A DNA stretch of 64,000 nt, taken from the IMG/VR virus record IMGVR_UViG_3300050343_000122, positions 32,001 to 96,000 of that record. One strand, 5' to 3'. Below are positions 10,028-20,011 of the stretch, piece after piece (positions within the stretch are counted from its first letter, which is position 1; each line of letters opens with the position of its first letter). The stretch comes from a virus. The position numbers and the translations under genes are program-made. The notes beneath the pieces are model-generated. The model saw only the letters and a list, made by a program, of their open reading frames with translations, made no database searches and was not told where the DNA came from.

Positions 10028-11164
10028 TTAAGGTATGTAAATTATATAATATGATCCAATTCCAGGTTGATAATTATTATGTGGTAATCCTCCACCAGTA
10101 GAATTTATTGTAACAGTTGTAGCTACACTTTGACTAACCTCAGTAGTTTTTCCTACAGTAGCTGTATTACTTGCTCCTCTAAGTGCATATCCTAAGTTAC
10201 CACCTGTGCTTTTTGACTGGCGAATATAGTTATTGCTTGTAGGAGGATTTGTTTCATTTGAACTTCCCATAGTTGCAACAAGGTGGGTGTGAGAAGCTGG
10301 ACTAAGTGAAGCTACTACAGTATTAGTGTGTGTATGTGAAGGTATTTGTGCTGTTGTTAATACAACTTGATTTGTTCCAGTAAGGTCATTTACGTTATAT
10401 GTAGGATTTCCACTAACAGACGGATCAACTATTTTATCCATAGTTTGACCTGGCATATCAGTAGCTCCAACAGCTACTCTTCCTCTCATATCTGGTGTAC
10501 CATTGTTTCCATTACATAGAAATATTCTATCCCAAATACCTATTCCTGCACCTGATGCATCAAATGGTGTTAAGTCTCCAAAGTATGGCTGTGCAGAAAA
10601 TGGAACCATTCGATTACTAATAAGCTGTTGCTGAGGATTAGTGTTTAAATAGTTTTCTATATACGTATTAATATCAACAATTCGTACGTAGTTGTTTGTA
10701 ACATCAGTAATAAAAGTGTTCAGTGACTGCTCAACTTCACACAACTTATTTATAGTTTGTTGTAATACATCTGATGTACTTGTAGTATCTGTTACTCCAG
10801 ATACACAGCCTACATCATAGTTTACATCTGATCCTGAACCACCTTCTATCTCACTTACTTCTTCCTGTAATTTACAGATAGTTTTGATTATACCTACTAG
10901 GTAGTTATTTAAAGTTAATGGATTACAGTCATCTAGATTAGCCTGCACTGCAGGGCATATATCTGATGGGGGAACCACAGGTGTTATACCTGTTCCGTCT
11001 AGTGTAGATCCTAAAAAGGTAATAAGAGCTTGCTCCACAAATGATAGGGAGTCTCCATTCTTTATTCCTAGTATAGGAACGTCTACACCTGTATATTTAA
11101 CGCACTTGTCTGAAGTAATTTCAGTACATCCGTTATAACAATTTGAGCAATTTTGTGTTGACAT
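10028..11164 (-). CDS. Fibre protein with phage tail-collar-like domain
   Basis: LCNGNNGTPDMRGR, LTTAQIPSHTH, TGGGLPHNNYQP..YIIY motifs; Cys-rich N-terminus. Confidence 0.7.
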   Translation of the reverse strand: MSTQNCSNCYNGCTEITSDKCVKYTGVDVPILGIKNGDSLSFVEQALITFLGSTLDGTGITPVVPPSDICPAVQANLDDCNPLTLNNYLVGIIKTICKLQEEVSEIEGGSGSDVNYDVGCVSGVTDTTSTSDVLQQTINKLCEVEQSLNTFITDVTNNYVRIVDINTYIENYLNTNPQQQLISNRMVPFSAQPYFGDLTPFDASGAGIGIWDRIFLCNGNNGTPDMRGRVAVGATDMPGQTMDKIVDPSVSGNPTYNVNDLTGTNQVVLTTAQIPSHTHTNTVVASLSPASHTHLVATMGSSNETNPPTSNNYIRQSKSTGGNLGYALRGASNTATVGKTTEVSQSVATTVTINSTGGGLPHNNYQPGIGSYYIIYIP

Positions 11165-11188
11165 AATTTTATTTATTTGTTTATCACA

Positions 11189-14100
11189 CTATGGTGATGT
11201 TTGTGTTACGCTTAGAGAAATAGCACCTGTTCCTGTTACAAAAAAGTTTCCAGCTACTGGACCTATTAATGTTTCAGCAGCTCCAGTATCGGTATCAGTA
11301 AAACTAGTAAATCCACTAACTTGAAGACCACTTGCTGTTAAAGTGCAGTTTTGTCCTGGGTTACTTGATTTATAAGTTGCTTGTAGATCATAATTCTTTC
11401 CGTTTACTAAAGTAAAGTTGTAAGTTCCATTACTGTTTGGATCAGCAGGATAACTCTCTGAAACATTACCGTCTTCACCATCAAAAGATACAAACTGAAC
11501 TCCGTCTCCAGGATCTTCAAAGTCTATTATAAGGCTTGCAGGTGCAGTTGCAGTAGTAATAGTATCATAAAGCCAAACACTATTACTTACACCTGTTTGA
11601 GTCCAGTTGGGAAAGACAAATGTATAGTCACTAGATGCAGATACAAGACTTGTATCGAATTGCGTTGGTTGAACACTAGTGGTTAGTTTGTGTTCAACAA
11701 AAGTAGTATCGCTTGATAAATTTTCAGTTGTCATTGATGCACTAATAACGTCACCTACTGCTGTCATTATAACACCACCGTCTGATGAATTAGTTGTGTT
11801 TATATTAGAATTTACAACTGTTGTACCATTAATTACTATCTTAAGATTCGCACTCCTAAATAGACTTGATCCACTTGGGTTAGAGTCTCCAGTAAACACC
11901 CAATTCCATGCATACGATTTAGGATCAGGAGTTGTACTTGTAGTAGTTGTACTACTTGTACTTGTTGTTGTAGAAGTACTTGTAGAAGTACTTGTGGACG
12001 TACTAGTAGTACTTGTACTTGTGGATGTACTTGTACTTGTGCTTGTGCTAGTAGAACTACTTGTAGTAGTGGTAGTAGGCACAGGAGTAGTAGTTGTTGT
12101 TGTTGTAGGTATAGGTGTGGTAGTACTAGTAGTTGTACTAGAAGTGCTAGTAGAACTACTTGTAGTAGTAGTGGTTGATCCACAATCTCCATATGCAGTA
12201 ACTTTATAACCATCTCCAGTTGTATGATCAAAGGTAGAAAGTATTGATGATAAGTCATTACCATTTGCATCTATCTTTGAAAATTGGAATGCACTTGTAC
12301 CTGATAACGGACCTGAAGCAGCGTTAGTGCTAACTTTACCATAAGGAACAGTAACTGCTCCAACTCCAACATCAAGAAGTTGATACACTGCTGTATAGTC
12401 TACTCCTCCTATATTAAATACTACATCATAGTTGGTATTTGGAACTTGAGACCAGTTGGTATAACTTGTTGTGTTTGTAGTTGGTCCAACGAAAGATGAT
12501 CGAACATATAGAGAGGGGGTATTCACACCTACAGGACTTGGTGGGTCTGTATACCAGAAGTTATTATCTGTAGTAGTTAAATAGTCAAACTCTAGACATC
12601 CAACTAGTGGTGTAATAGTTGTTGTTGTAGTTGTAGTACTAGAAGTGCTCGTAGAAGTGCTAGTGGACGTGCTAGTAGATGTACTAGTTGAACTACTTGT
12701 TGTAGTAGTAGTTGGTACAGGGGTAGTAGTACTAGTAGTTGTACTAGAAGTACTTGTACTGGTACTGGTACTGGTACTTGTACTAGACGAACTTGTTGTA
12801 GTTGTTGTTAGCTGATCATCTGGACATAAATAAAAATCAAGAAGGCAACCTGCTAACTTATCTCCTACATGTGTAAATATTAGTTCATTAATTCTATCAC
12901 CATTGTTTCTAGGAAATATATTAAATAAAGCACGAGCTGGTTGATCTCCTGAATTCAACTTTGCTTTAAATATCACACTACCATCTGTCTCATTAGAAAC
13001 TATAAAACTATCAGGATTTTCTCTACATACCTGTATAAATGATATATTAAGATCTACGTCAGATGTTACTCTCACTGTTTCATATATTCCTGGATTAGGA
13101 TAATACCCTATACCAGTACAGTAAAATGCCATAGATGATATTGAGTTATCAAATGACATTGTAGATGAAGCACACTTTCCACCACCTAGAGCATATGTAC
13201 CCTGATTATTATATTGATTATTGTGGAAACCTTGTAGTTCACAATCTGGATCAGTTCCATTATTTGCAAGAAGTTGCGAAGAAGAACTTGGAACATATGT
13301 TGTCTCACAATCAGCGTTATCAGATGATAATGTCAGTACAAATCCATTACTTAATGTTTTAACTCCATTTCCAGTGCTTATTCCTGGGAATCCCTCTGGA
13401 GCATCAAAGTTATAAGGTTGGCTACAGTTACCTGAAATAGGAGCTGAACTAGTGGTGGTGGTGGTGGTTTCAGAACCACAGTTATTTTCTAAACTACCTG
13501 TAAATCCTACTTGCCAGTACGCTTCACTTTCACAATATATTATTTTCTGGTCACTTTGTCCATCTATAGTTATATACTCAATTGTATCTGGATCTACTAG
13601 TGGACCAGGAGTAACAAACTGCTGTATACCCATTTGTTCTGCAACCATATCTATTCTACAGGCATAACCATATAGATAACAACCAGCTGCCACCTGAGCT
13701 CCACCAGCATAACATAGTCCTATTATCTTGATAGTTCCCTCTATATCTGCGAGGAGGAGTGATCCTGAATCTCCTGAATATATAGGATTACAACAATATT
13801 CTGTTGTACTCGCATTATCAGGATCTTCTTGAGGAGGTTTAATAAATCTAATAGCATCAGTAAACTTACAATTTACACTAGTTGCTTGTGAACTAGGATA
13901 AGCTATATTTTCAAGCGTAGCATTTATTGATTGAATTAACATAGGACAATCTGGTACAATACCTTTAGGTCCAGTAGTTCTTCCAGTACTATATACACGA
14001 GGGTTTGTAGCTAATATATTATCTATTTCTAATGTAGAAGCAAACGGTGGTGGATTACTACCTAGTATAGACTCTAGTCCTACTTGATTCCATGCAATTG

Positions 14101-14779
14101 TTGGATCCCATCTTGTCGGATCAATGGAAATTATAGCTGCATCTACCTGATTAAATAAACCTGTAGACTTTGCATGAATAGGAACATACTGTAAACTTAC
14201 ACCACAGTTATAACTTGCAGGTGTGGATGCACTTCCAAATTCTCCTTGTTGGTATACATAATCTACTGGACTATATTCATTTACAAGAGCTCCAGTAACA
14301 CTTCTATCAGATGTATAAAATGCATCTTGAATAGTAACGTGATTATTTGTTAAACCAACTGAACAGCCTGTTTCTGAATGTATAACTACACCTCCAAGAG
14401 TACCTACACTAGTTCCATTATTTCTACTAGAAAAAGAAATACCACCTTGTAAATGTTGAAAGAACTGTCTGTTTGCTAGTGAAGTGTTATTTGTTTGTCC
14501 ACAAGTTGAAGAACACGTACCTATAATTTCATGCTTCGCTATTTCTATTACATCTGTTTTTATACTTTTTCCAGATACTATAACACGTGATGGAATATGT
14601 TCATTTATTGAAATCTCAGAAAGAGGCTTCTTTTTTTCTACAGCTATAACTATAGCAAAGTCACCTGTCCACGTTCCATTAACAACTTTTCTTCCCCAAG
14701 CAACACTAGTTACATTAGGAAGTTGCTGAGACAACTCTAATATTCTATCTTTTATTTCTTGTGTTAATAGTCCTTTCAT
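11189..14779 (-). CDS. Trypsin-like (PA clan, Nal1-like) serine protease fused via Thr/Ser linkers to several beta-rich domains
   Basis: GTLGG, LTNNHV (His), QVDAA (Asp), GRTTG, GDSGS (Ser); long poly-Thr/Ser tracts. Confidence 0.75.
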   Translation of the reverse strand: MKGLLTQEIKDRILELSQQLPNVTSVAWGRKVVNGTWTGDFAIVIAVEKKKPLSEISINEHIPSRVIVSGKSIKTDVIEIAKHEIIGTCSSTCGQTNNTSLANRQFFQHLQGGISFSSRNNGTSVGTLGGVVIHSETGCSVGLTNNHVTIQDAFYTSDRSVTGALVNEYSPVDYVYQQGEFGSASTPASYNCGVSLQYVPIHAKSTGLFNQVDAAIISIDPTRWDPTIAWNQVGLESILGSNPPPFASTLEIDNILATNPRVYSTGRTTGPKGIVPDCPMLIQSINATLENIAYPSSQATSVNCKFTDAIRFIKPPQEDPDNASTTEYCCNPIYSGDSGSLLLADIEGTIKIIGLCYAGGAQVAAGCYLYGYACRIDMVAEQMGIQQFVTPGPLVDPDTIEYITIDGQSDQKIIYCESEAYWQVGFTGSLENNCGSETTTTTTSSAPISGNCSQPYNFDAPEGFPGISTGNGVKTLSNGFVLTLSSDNADCETTYVPSSSSQLLANNGTDPDCELQGFHNNQYNNQGTYALGGGKCASSTMSFDNSISSMAFYCTGIGYYPNPGIYETVRVTSDVDLNISFIQVCRENPDSFIVSNETDGSVIFKAKLNSGDQPARALFNIFPRNNGDRINELIFTHVGDKLAGCLLDFYLCPDDQLTTTTTSSSSTSTSTSTSTSTSSTTTSTTTPVPTTTTTSSSTSTSTSTSTSTSTSTSSTTTTTTTITPLVGCLEFDYLTTTDNNFWYTDPPSPVGVNTPSLYVRSSFVGPTTNTTSYTNWSQVPNTNYDVVFNIGGVDYTAVYQLLDVGVGAVTVPYGKVSTNAASGPLSGTSAFQFSKIDANGNDLSSILSTFDHTTGDGYKVTAYGDCGSTTTTTSSSTSTSSTTTSTTTPIPTTTTTTTPVPTTTTTSSSTSTSTSTSTSTSTSTTSTSTSTSTSTSTTTSTSSTTTTSTTPDPKSYAWNWVFTGDSNPSGSSLFRSANLKIVINGTTVVNSNINTTNSSDGGVIMTAVGDVISASMTTENLSSDTTFVEHKLTTSVQPTQFDTSLVSASSDYTFVFPNWTQTGVSNSVWLYDTITTATAPASLIIDFEDPGDGVQFVSFDGEDGNVSESYPADPNSNGTYNFTLVNGKNYDLQATYKSSNPGQNCTLTASGLQVSGFTSFTDTDTGAAETLIGPVAGNFFVTGTGAISLSVTQTSP

Positions 14780-14788
14780 ATCTATGTG

Positions 14789-17551
14789 TTATGCTGGTTC
14801 TGACCCTGCACTGAATTTGGTAAATATTGTTCTTACACCAGGTATAGGTGTAGTAGTGGTAGTTGTTGTTGTTATATCAGGATCTGTTGTAGTAGTGGTA
14901 GTTGTACCAAGTACTGCAAATCCATCATTTGTTCTACATAATGGTAAACTTCCTGAACTTCCACCAAAGTATTCATCTTCGTTTGCTACTTCTTCCCAAA
15001 CATGTGTTTGTAGATTAACTCTATATAATCTAAATCCTCCTGTAGTAATACCTAAAGTTACATATAAATAATCATCAACTACAGCCATATCTCCACCACT
15101 GTTCCAATTACCAACTGGTCCTGGAATCTCTACTTCTAGATTACCTGTGTCATAATCAAACTGAGCAAGTACATATGGTTGAGTTCCATAATTAGATTTG
15201 ACTGCTATAAATTTATTTGGTGTTCCATCTTCTTTAAGGGTAACCACATGTTCACCAGAACCATTAAATGGTTCAGGTATAAAGAATTTAAGTGCAACTG
15301 CTAATGTTGTAGATCCATCTACAAATTCAGCTTCAATCACTTGTTGACCTCCTCCAGCAAAGGAAGAGATACCATACGATAGTACCATTAAGTTGTCATT
15401 AACCGTACTTACTCCAAAAAAAGTAGGAGGAAATATATTAGGTAACCCACTTTGATCTATAGTATAAAGTATACCCTCCCATGTAAAGTTTGAAGGTGTA
15501 CCACTTGGTAATGTGGTATCATAACTCCATCTTGTAAATTGTGTAATTCTATCTCCTTCTGCATTTTTATTGTTAACTTGACCAATAAAATAATTATTAG
15601 TAATATCTGAATTAGGTAGTTGGAAATAGCTACCTCCTGGAAGAGCAATTTCCTCTATAGTATTTGTTACAGTATTTTGTGAATAAACTCTACTATAGGT
15701 TCCATTCAAATTATCAGGAGCACATATTCCATCACTACATCTATATGCAACGTTACGAGTAAATATTCTTGAACAACTTAAAGGAGGGGTGACACAACCA
15801 AGCAGAATTGGTCCCCCAGTTGGTGCATTACCGGATATAGTTATAACAGTAAAGTTGGTAGGAGTTGTTACAATAAACTCTCCATCACCTTCTGTATTGT
15901 AATCTGGCACACCTCCACCTATTCTATTTCCTTGTACTTGTACATTACATCCATTACTTATTGATATAGAAGGTGTTCCTGTATTTGTAGTAATTTCATA
16001 AACGTCCCCAGCACTAAAGTCAGGAGAAGTGTTAAGTACAGCAGCTCTAATAGGAAGATTATTAATAGGACTTTCAAAAGTTAGAGTAATACTAAAATCA
16101 TTACCTTGAACAGTTGTTAACTTATTAGTTGCAGCTGGATTAGATAATCCACTACATCCGCTATTAGGTATACCTCCAACTGGATTTCCTGGTAGTAATG
16201 CTAAGAAGTTATCGTCAGCACTAGCTGTAACCTGAATTCCCTGATATGTAAAAGTAACAGGCCCAATATAGAAGAGGTTATTTTCAGCATCTCGTTCAGT
16301 TAGTGCAGGTATCCAAGTAGCCTCACAATCAGGATCTGTTAATTTAATACCAACATTTGCACAACCAGTTGATGTATGTATCCAAACACTATCGTCAGCC
16401 ACTGTAGTTTCTAATGTAGCATTATATGGTGCTGTTTGACTTATGTTATATACTTCAAGTGTTTCTGGTTGAATTACTTGTATTAATCCATTTACACCCC
16501 ATACAGGCATAGCTTTAGTTGAACCAGTCCATGTAGATGTAAATTCAGGAACACCAGAATTCTGTAAGTTGATTATAGGAGTGTTAGGATTTGGTGACCA
16601 ACTACCAGATGAAGGTAAGCCTGGATATTGTTTAATTCGATTTGAGGCATTGAAATCACTTTGGTCTTCATAATATCTACTAGAAAGAATAACATCACCA
16701 TCATTAGTAATAAACATACCTGTAAGCTCTGTTGTGTGTCCAAAGGTATTACCAAAGCTAACAGTGACTTGATCACTATTATTAAATTCAGTTAATTCAA
16801 TATCTCCAACTGTAGAAATGTCCCATTCGTAAACACCCATAGCAACATTTCCATTAAATCTATCGCTAAACCCTACAAGTAATGTTTTATTATCAGAGGT
16901 TGTAGCTATTGTAGATATTTTAGTTCCCCATATACTTTTGTAATTAAGTGAACTTACAGCAATCGTTATTTCTCTAACATAAGATAAAGTTGGTGCAGAA
17001 CCAGATAGAACTATGTCCCACTCTCTAATGTATGCCACTGTATTATCAGTTGTAACACTAGCCAACCATAACTTATCTTCTGTAGAGCAGATAGGTCTGT
17101 TGATTCCTACAGTAGTTGTAAAGTCATTAGGTACAAGCACAGGACTTGAAGAATTAGTATTAAAGTCATATACAGCTATTTCTCCAGGGTTACCTCCATA
17201 AGTTGACCATGTACATGGTGAGAATGCTGGATAATTAGTACTTGTTGTAGTACTTGTTGATGATGACGTGGTTGTTGTTGTTGTAACATCACAAAGAATA
17301 GATCCAGAAAAATCACAGTTTGGTGTAGCACAAGAATAAATATCTGTTGTATTAGGTGTACACAATGCACCCAAGTCCAACAGTCTAACAGTTATAGTTC
17401 CATCAGGGGCTAATGATGTTTCATACCCAGACAATAGATCCGCTTTACTCACACCTGTCTCAAATGGAGTAATAAACCCATCTACGTTCGAGTATAGATC
17501 AAAAGGACCTGTGTCTGCACCTGCAAAACTTAATGTTATTATTATTGTCAT
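14789..17551 (-). CDS. Large putative virion decoration / receptor-binding protein: shared N-terminal module, Thr linkers, beta-rich (propeller-like) domains
   Basis: GADTGPFDLYSNVDGFITPFETGV N-terminus; Thr tracts near both ends. Confidence 0.5.
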   Translation of the reverse strand: MTIIITLSFAGADTGPFDLYSNVDGFITPFETGVSKADLLSGYETSLAPDGTITVRLLDLGALCTPNTTDIYSCATPNCDFSGSILCDVTTTTTTSSSTSTTTSTNYPAFSPCTWSTYGGNPGEIAVYDFNTNSSSPVLVPNDFTTTVGINRPICSTEDKLWLASVTTDNTVAYIREWDIVLSGSAPTLSYVREITIAVSSLNYKSIWGTKISTIATTSDNKTLLVGFSDRFNGNVAMGVYEWDISTVGDIELTEFNNSDQVTVSFGNTFGHTTELTGMFITNDGDVILSSRYYEDQSDFNASNRIKQYPGLPSSGSWSPNPNTPIINLQNSGVPEFTSTWTGSTKAMPVWGVNGLIQVIQPETLEVYNISQTAPYNATLETTVADDSVWIHTSTGCANVGIKLTDPDCEATWIPALTERDAENNLFYIGPVTFTYQGIQVTASADDNFLALLPGNPVGGIPNSGCSGLSNPAATNKLTTVQGNDFSITLTFESPINNLPIRAAVLNTSPDFSAGDVYEITTNTGTPSISISNGCNVQVQGNRIGGGVPDYNTEGDGEFIVTTPTNFTVITISGNAPTGGPILLGCVTPPLSCSRIFTRNVAYRCSDGICAPDNLNGTYSRVYSQNTVTNTIEEIALPGGSYFQLPNSDITNNYFIGQVNNKNAEGDRITQFTRWSYDTTLPSGTPSNFTWEGILYTIDQSGLPNIFPPTFFGVSTVNDNLMVLSYGISSFAGGGQQVIEAEFVDGSTTLAVALKFFIPEPFNGSGEHVVTLKEDGTPNKFIAVKSNYGTQPYVLAQFDYDTGNLEVEIPGPVGNWNSGGDMAVVDDYLYVTLGITTGGFRLYRVNLQTHVWEEVANEDEYFGGSSGSLPLCRTNDGFAVLGTTTTTTTDPDITTTTTTTTPIPGVRTIFTKFSAGSEPA

Positions 17552-17575
17552 CTTTATCTACAATTTTTGATTTTA

Positions 17576-19315
17576 CTAAACTCCATATCCAAAGCTTATT
17601 AATGTATTTCTTATTTCATCATACCAGTACTGCTCTGGGTTAGCAGGATTATTATCTAGATCCGCTGACCATGCAAATCTTGCAGGACTTGCACTTGGGT
17701 AGTTTACTAGATTATCTGTAGAACTGTTGTAAGCACTAGCAGGAGCATTACCAATACTTGCAACTACAGCTACACCATTATTTCCTGCATTAAGAAGTCC
17801 TTCAGGTGAAACTAGAGGTTTTATTGTTGAGAATGTGTACTGACTTGTAGCTGCTGGATGGAAAAACTTAGCTCTATATACATTAGTGTTACCTTTTGCA
17901 TTTTCTACATTCGTAACAAAAGTTCTTACACTTGCTATATCATCTACTATTCTTGAATTTGTTTGACTCGCTCGAGTTGACCAGGAGGTCCTGAACTTGG
18001 GTAATTACCATCCATATTATATCCTATACCTGACTCATCACCAAATGCCATAATTACTAAACTATCTGCATCAGGAAAATATCCTGTTGGGTCTATAGTG
18101 TCCCCAAGACCTTTGTTTGAGAGCATTTGAATTTGTCTCTCTTGACCACTATGACACCAGTATACACGAGTTTCAAACTCATCACTACCATTGGTAGCTC
18201 TGTCTGTATTTCCACTTGCTTCAGTTCCACCTGTTGCATAAAAATCTTGAAGTAAGTTTCTTAAATTAGATGTGTTTTGGTAATCAGCAGTTTTCTGAGC
18301 ATCTGTTAGATTAAACGTGACAACACCATTAGCTCCCTGGATTAATATCTGCTGTTAATGCAACAGGGTCTCCATTACTGTCTACAAGATTAAATGTTAG
18401 AGCATTTGATCCTACAGTAATAAAAGTTCCTGCAGGTATTGAAGGATGTATAGCTTCCATGCCAGGTACCACACATAAATACGCCCCACCTGTAGTGTTT
18501 CCACTAGGTTGTTGCACGGTAACTTTATTAGCCTGATTACCATATGACAGTTGGATTTGTGTTGATCCTGCTGGTGCAGTTCCACCAACTAGAACTTTTA
18601 CACCTGTAACACTAGCTATTTTTGCTGTCACTGCAATTGTGCTATTCATAGAACCTGAAACATCACTCCAGAAAGTAAAGTATGAGTTTCCTGTGACTGG
18701 TATTAGACTACTAGTAGTTGTAGTGGTAACAGGATCAGTAGTGGTAGTTGTTGTTGTGCTTGATGTACTTGTACTAGTTGTACTTGTACTAGTTGTACTT
18801 GTACTTGTGCTAGTTGTACTTGTACTAGTACTAGTAGAACTAGTTGTGGTAGTAGTTGGTGTTGTAAAACATCCTTCCACTCTACAGTCTGGATAGATTG
18901 TACTAGTTGTAGTAGTAGTTGATGATGTACTAGTTGTAGTAGTACTAGAGGTACTAGTTGTTGTTGTTGTTGGATTAGGACAAGGTTTGATTGCACATGT
19001 AGTTATTTCACATACAGTTGGTTCGTTACAGAATGGTACACAACCAGCTGTAAGACGTATTACCTTACTTGCAATGTCTTCTGTAGATACACTGTTGCAA
19101 CCTTTTGCATAATGACTGTCACAAAATCTATGTTGTAATATACGTTTATAGACTAACAGTTCTGAAATCTCACTAACAGCTATGGGTCTGTTTAACATAA
19201 ATACAACATTGTTGTATAAGTTATTCCCTAGCTCTGCAAGTTTACAGTCTATTTTTCGTAATAGATCAGGAATGTTTGCACACTCCTTACAATTCGTTAG
19301 TCTTGGTGAGATCAT
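17576..19315 (-). pseudogene. Probable single ~579-aa gene (tail-hub-like N-terminus, Thr linker, vWA-like domain) broken by two compensating frameshifts
   Basis: ORF track stops at 18329. Coding continues in a shifted frame from ~18335 (GVVTFNLTDAQK...LVIMAFGDE) and returns to the original frame at ~17990 (WSTRASQTNSRIVDD...SFGYGV*), with TAG at 17576. Confidence 0.6.
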
Positions 19316-19320
19316 ATGTC

Positions 19321-19431
19321 TTACTTTTTACCTTGCTGTTTTTCTAACTTAGCTTTACAGGTAGCACATAGACCATTTGAAAGTCTACAGCCACACCCCA
19401 CTTTTGCTCCACATCCTGCACACTGTGCCAT
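19321..19431 (-). CDS. 36-aa Cys-rich peptide (MAQCAGCGAKVGCGCRLSNGLCATCKAKLEKQQGKK)
   Basis: Manual translation; fills the intergenic gap exactly; CxxC, CxC, CxxC. Confidence 0.65.
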   Translation of the reverse strand: MAQCAGCGAKVGCGCRLSNGLCATCKAKLEKQQGKK

Positions 19432-19433
19432 AA

Positions 19434-20000
19434 TTAAATAAAGTTTATTTGGTAGTTGTTTCCAGTACAACCACAATTTGATTTTATAAATGTATCAAGC
19501 ATATTACTAGCTTGATTGTATAGTTTTAAAGCTTCTTTCTCAGCACAGTTATTAGCAGCAGCTAATGACCCTTGAATAAAGAAGTTAATTGTATTTAAAG
19601 TAACGTTAGACTGTGTTCTCAGAGCACTGTCACACTCCATCATATTTAACTTTAAAAACGCATCGTCAAACTTTTGTTGAAGTTTATCAATACGCATTAT
19701 AGTCTTTTCTACATAATTCTTGTAGGCAGGTGCCACAGAGTATTTCAGATAGTATATACCATCTGGAATAGGTTGTTTGCATCCAGCTTCAGTAATTCCT
19801 AAAGTATCTGACGCAAAAATATTTGTTTCTAAGGGTTTGAAAGGTAAGACTTTTGTTCCAAATCCAGGTATCTCTATTTCAATCGTAGGTGATGAGACCA
19901 ACGGTGGATCATCTGGATACACTGATGCATCAGTAACTGCTAGTAAATTAACACTATAACTAGGAGGAACAATAATATCTAACTGTAAAATAGCTGACAT
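19434..20000 (-). CDS. Structural protein, probable tail hub
   Basis: 188 aa, beta N-terminal and helical C-terminal halves with CGC end; follows gene 73 as hub genes do in crAss synteny. Confidence 0.45.
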   Translation of the reverse strand: MSAILQLDIIVPPSYSVNLLAVTDASVYPDDPPLVSSPTIEIEIPGFGTKVLPFKPLETNIFASDTLGITEAGCKQPIPDGIYYLKYSVAPAYKNYVEKTIMRIDKLQQKFDDAFLKLNMMECDSALRTQSNVTLNTINFFIQGSLAAANNCAEKEALKLYNQASNMLDTFIKSNCGCTGNNYQINFI

Positions 20001-20011
20001 AAGAATTATTT

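Noticed and set aside
11930-12810. Possible CRISPR-like or non-coding repeat array
   Set aside because: Repeats are 3/6/15-bp in-frame coding microsatellites with no repeat-spacer structure and no cas genes.
9161-18896. Plus-strand poly-Val ORFs (9161, 11679, 13452, 14784, 18639) and off-frame Leu/Gln/Val ORFs (11836, 18703)
   Set aside because: Antisense or alternate-frame shadows of the Thr/Ser linker repeats.
7074-20000. Diversity-generating retroelement or invertible shufflon acting on fibre genes
   Set aside because: No reverse transcriptase, no TR/VR pair differing at adenines, and no recombinase or inverted repeats seen in this window.
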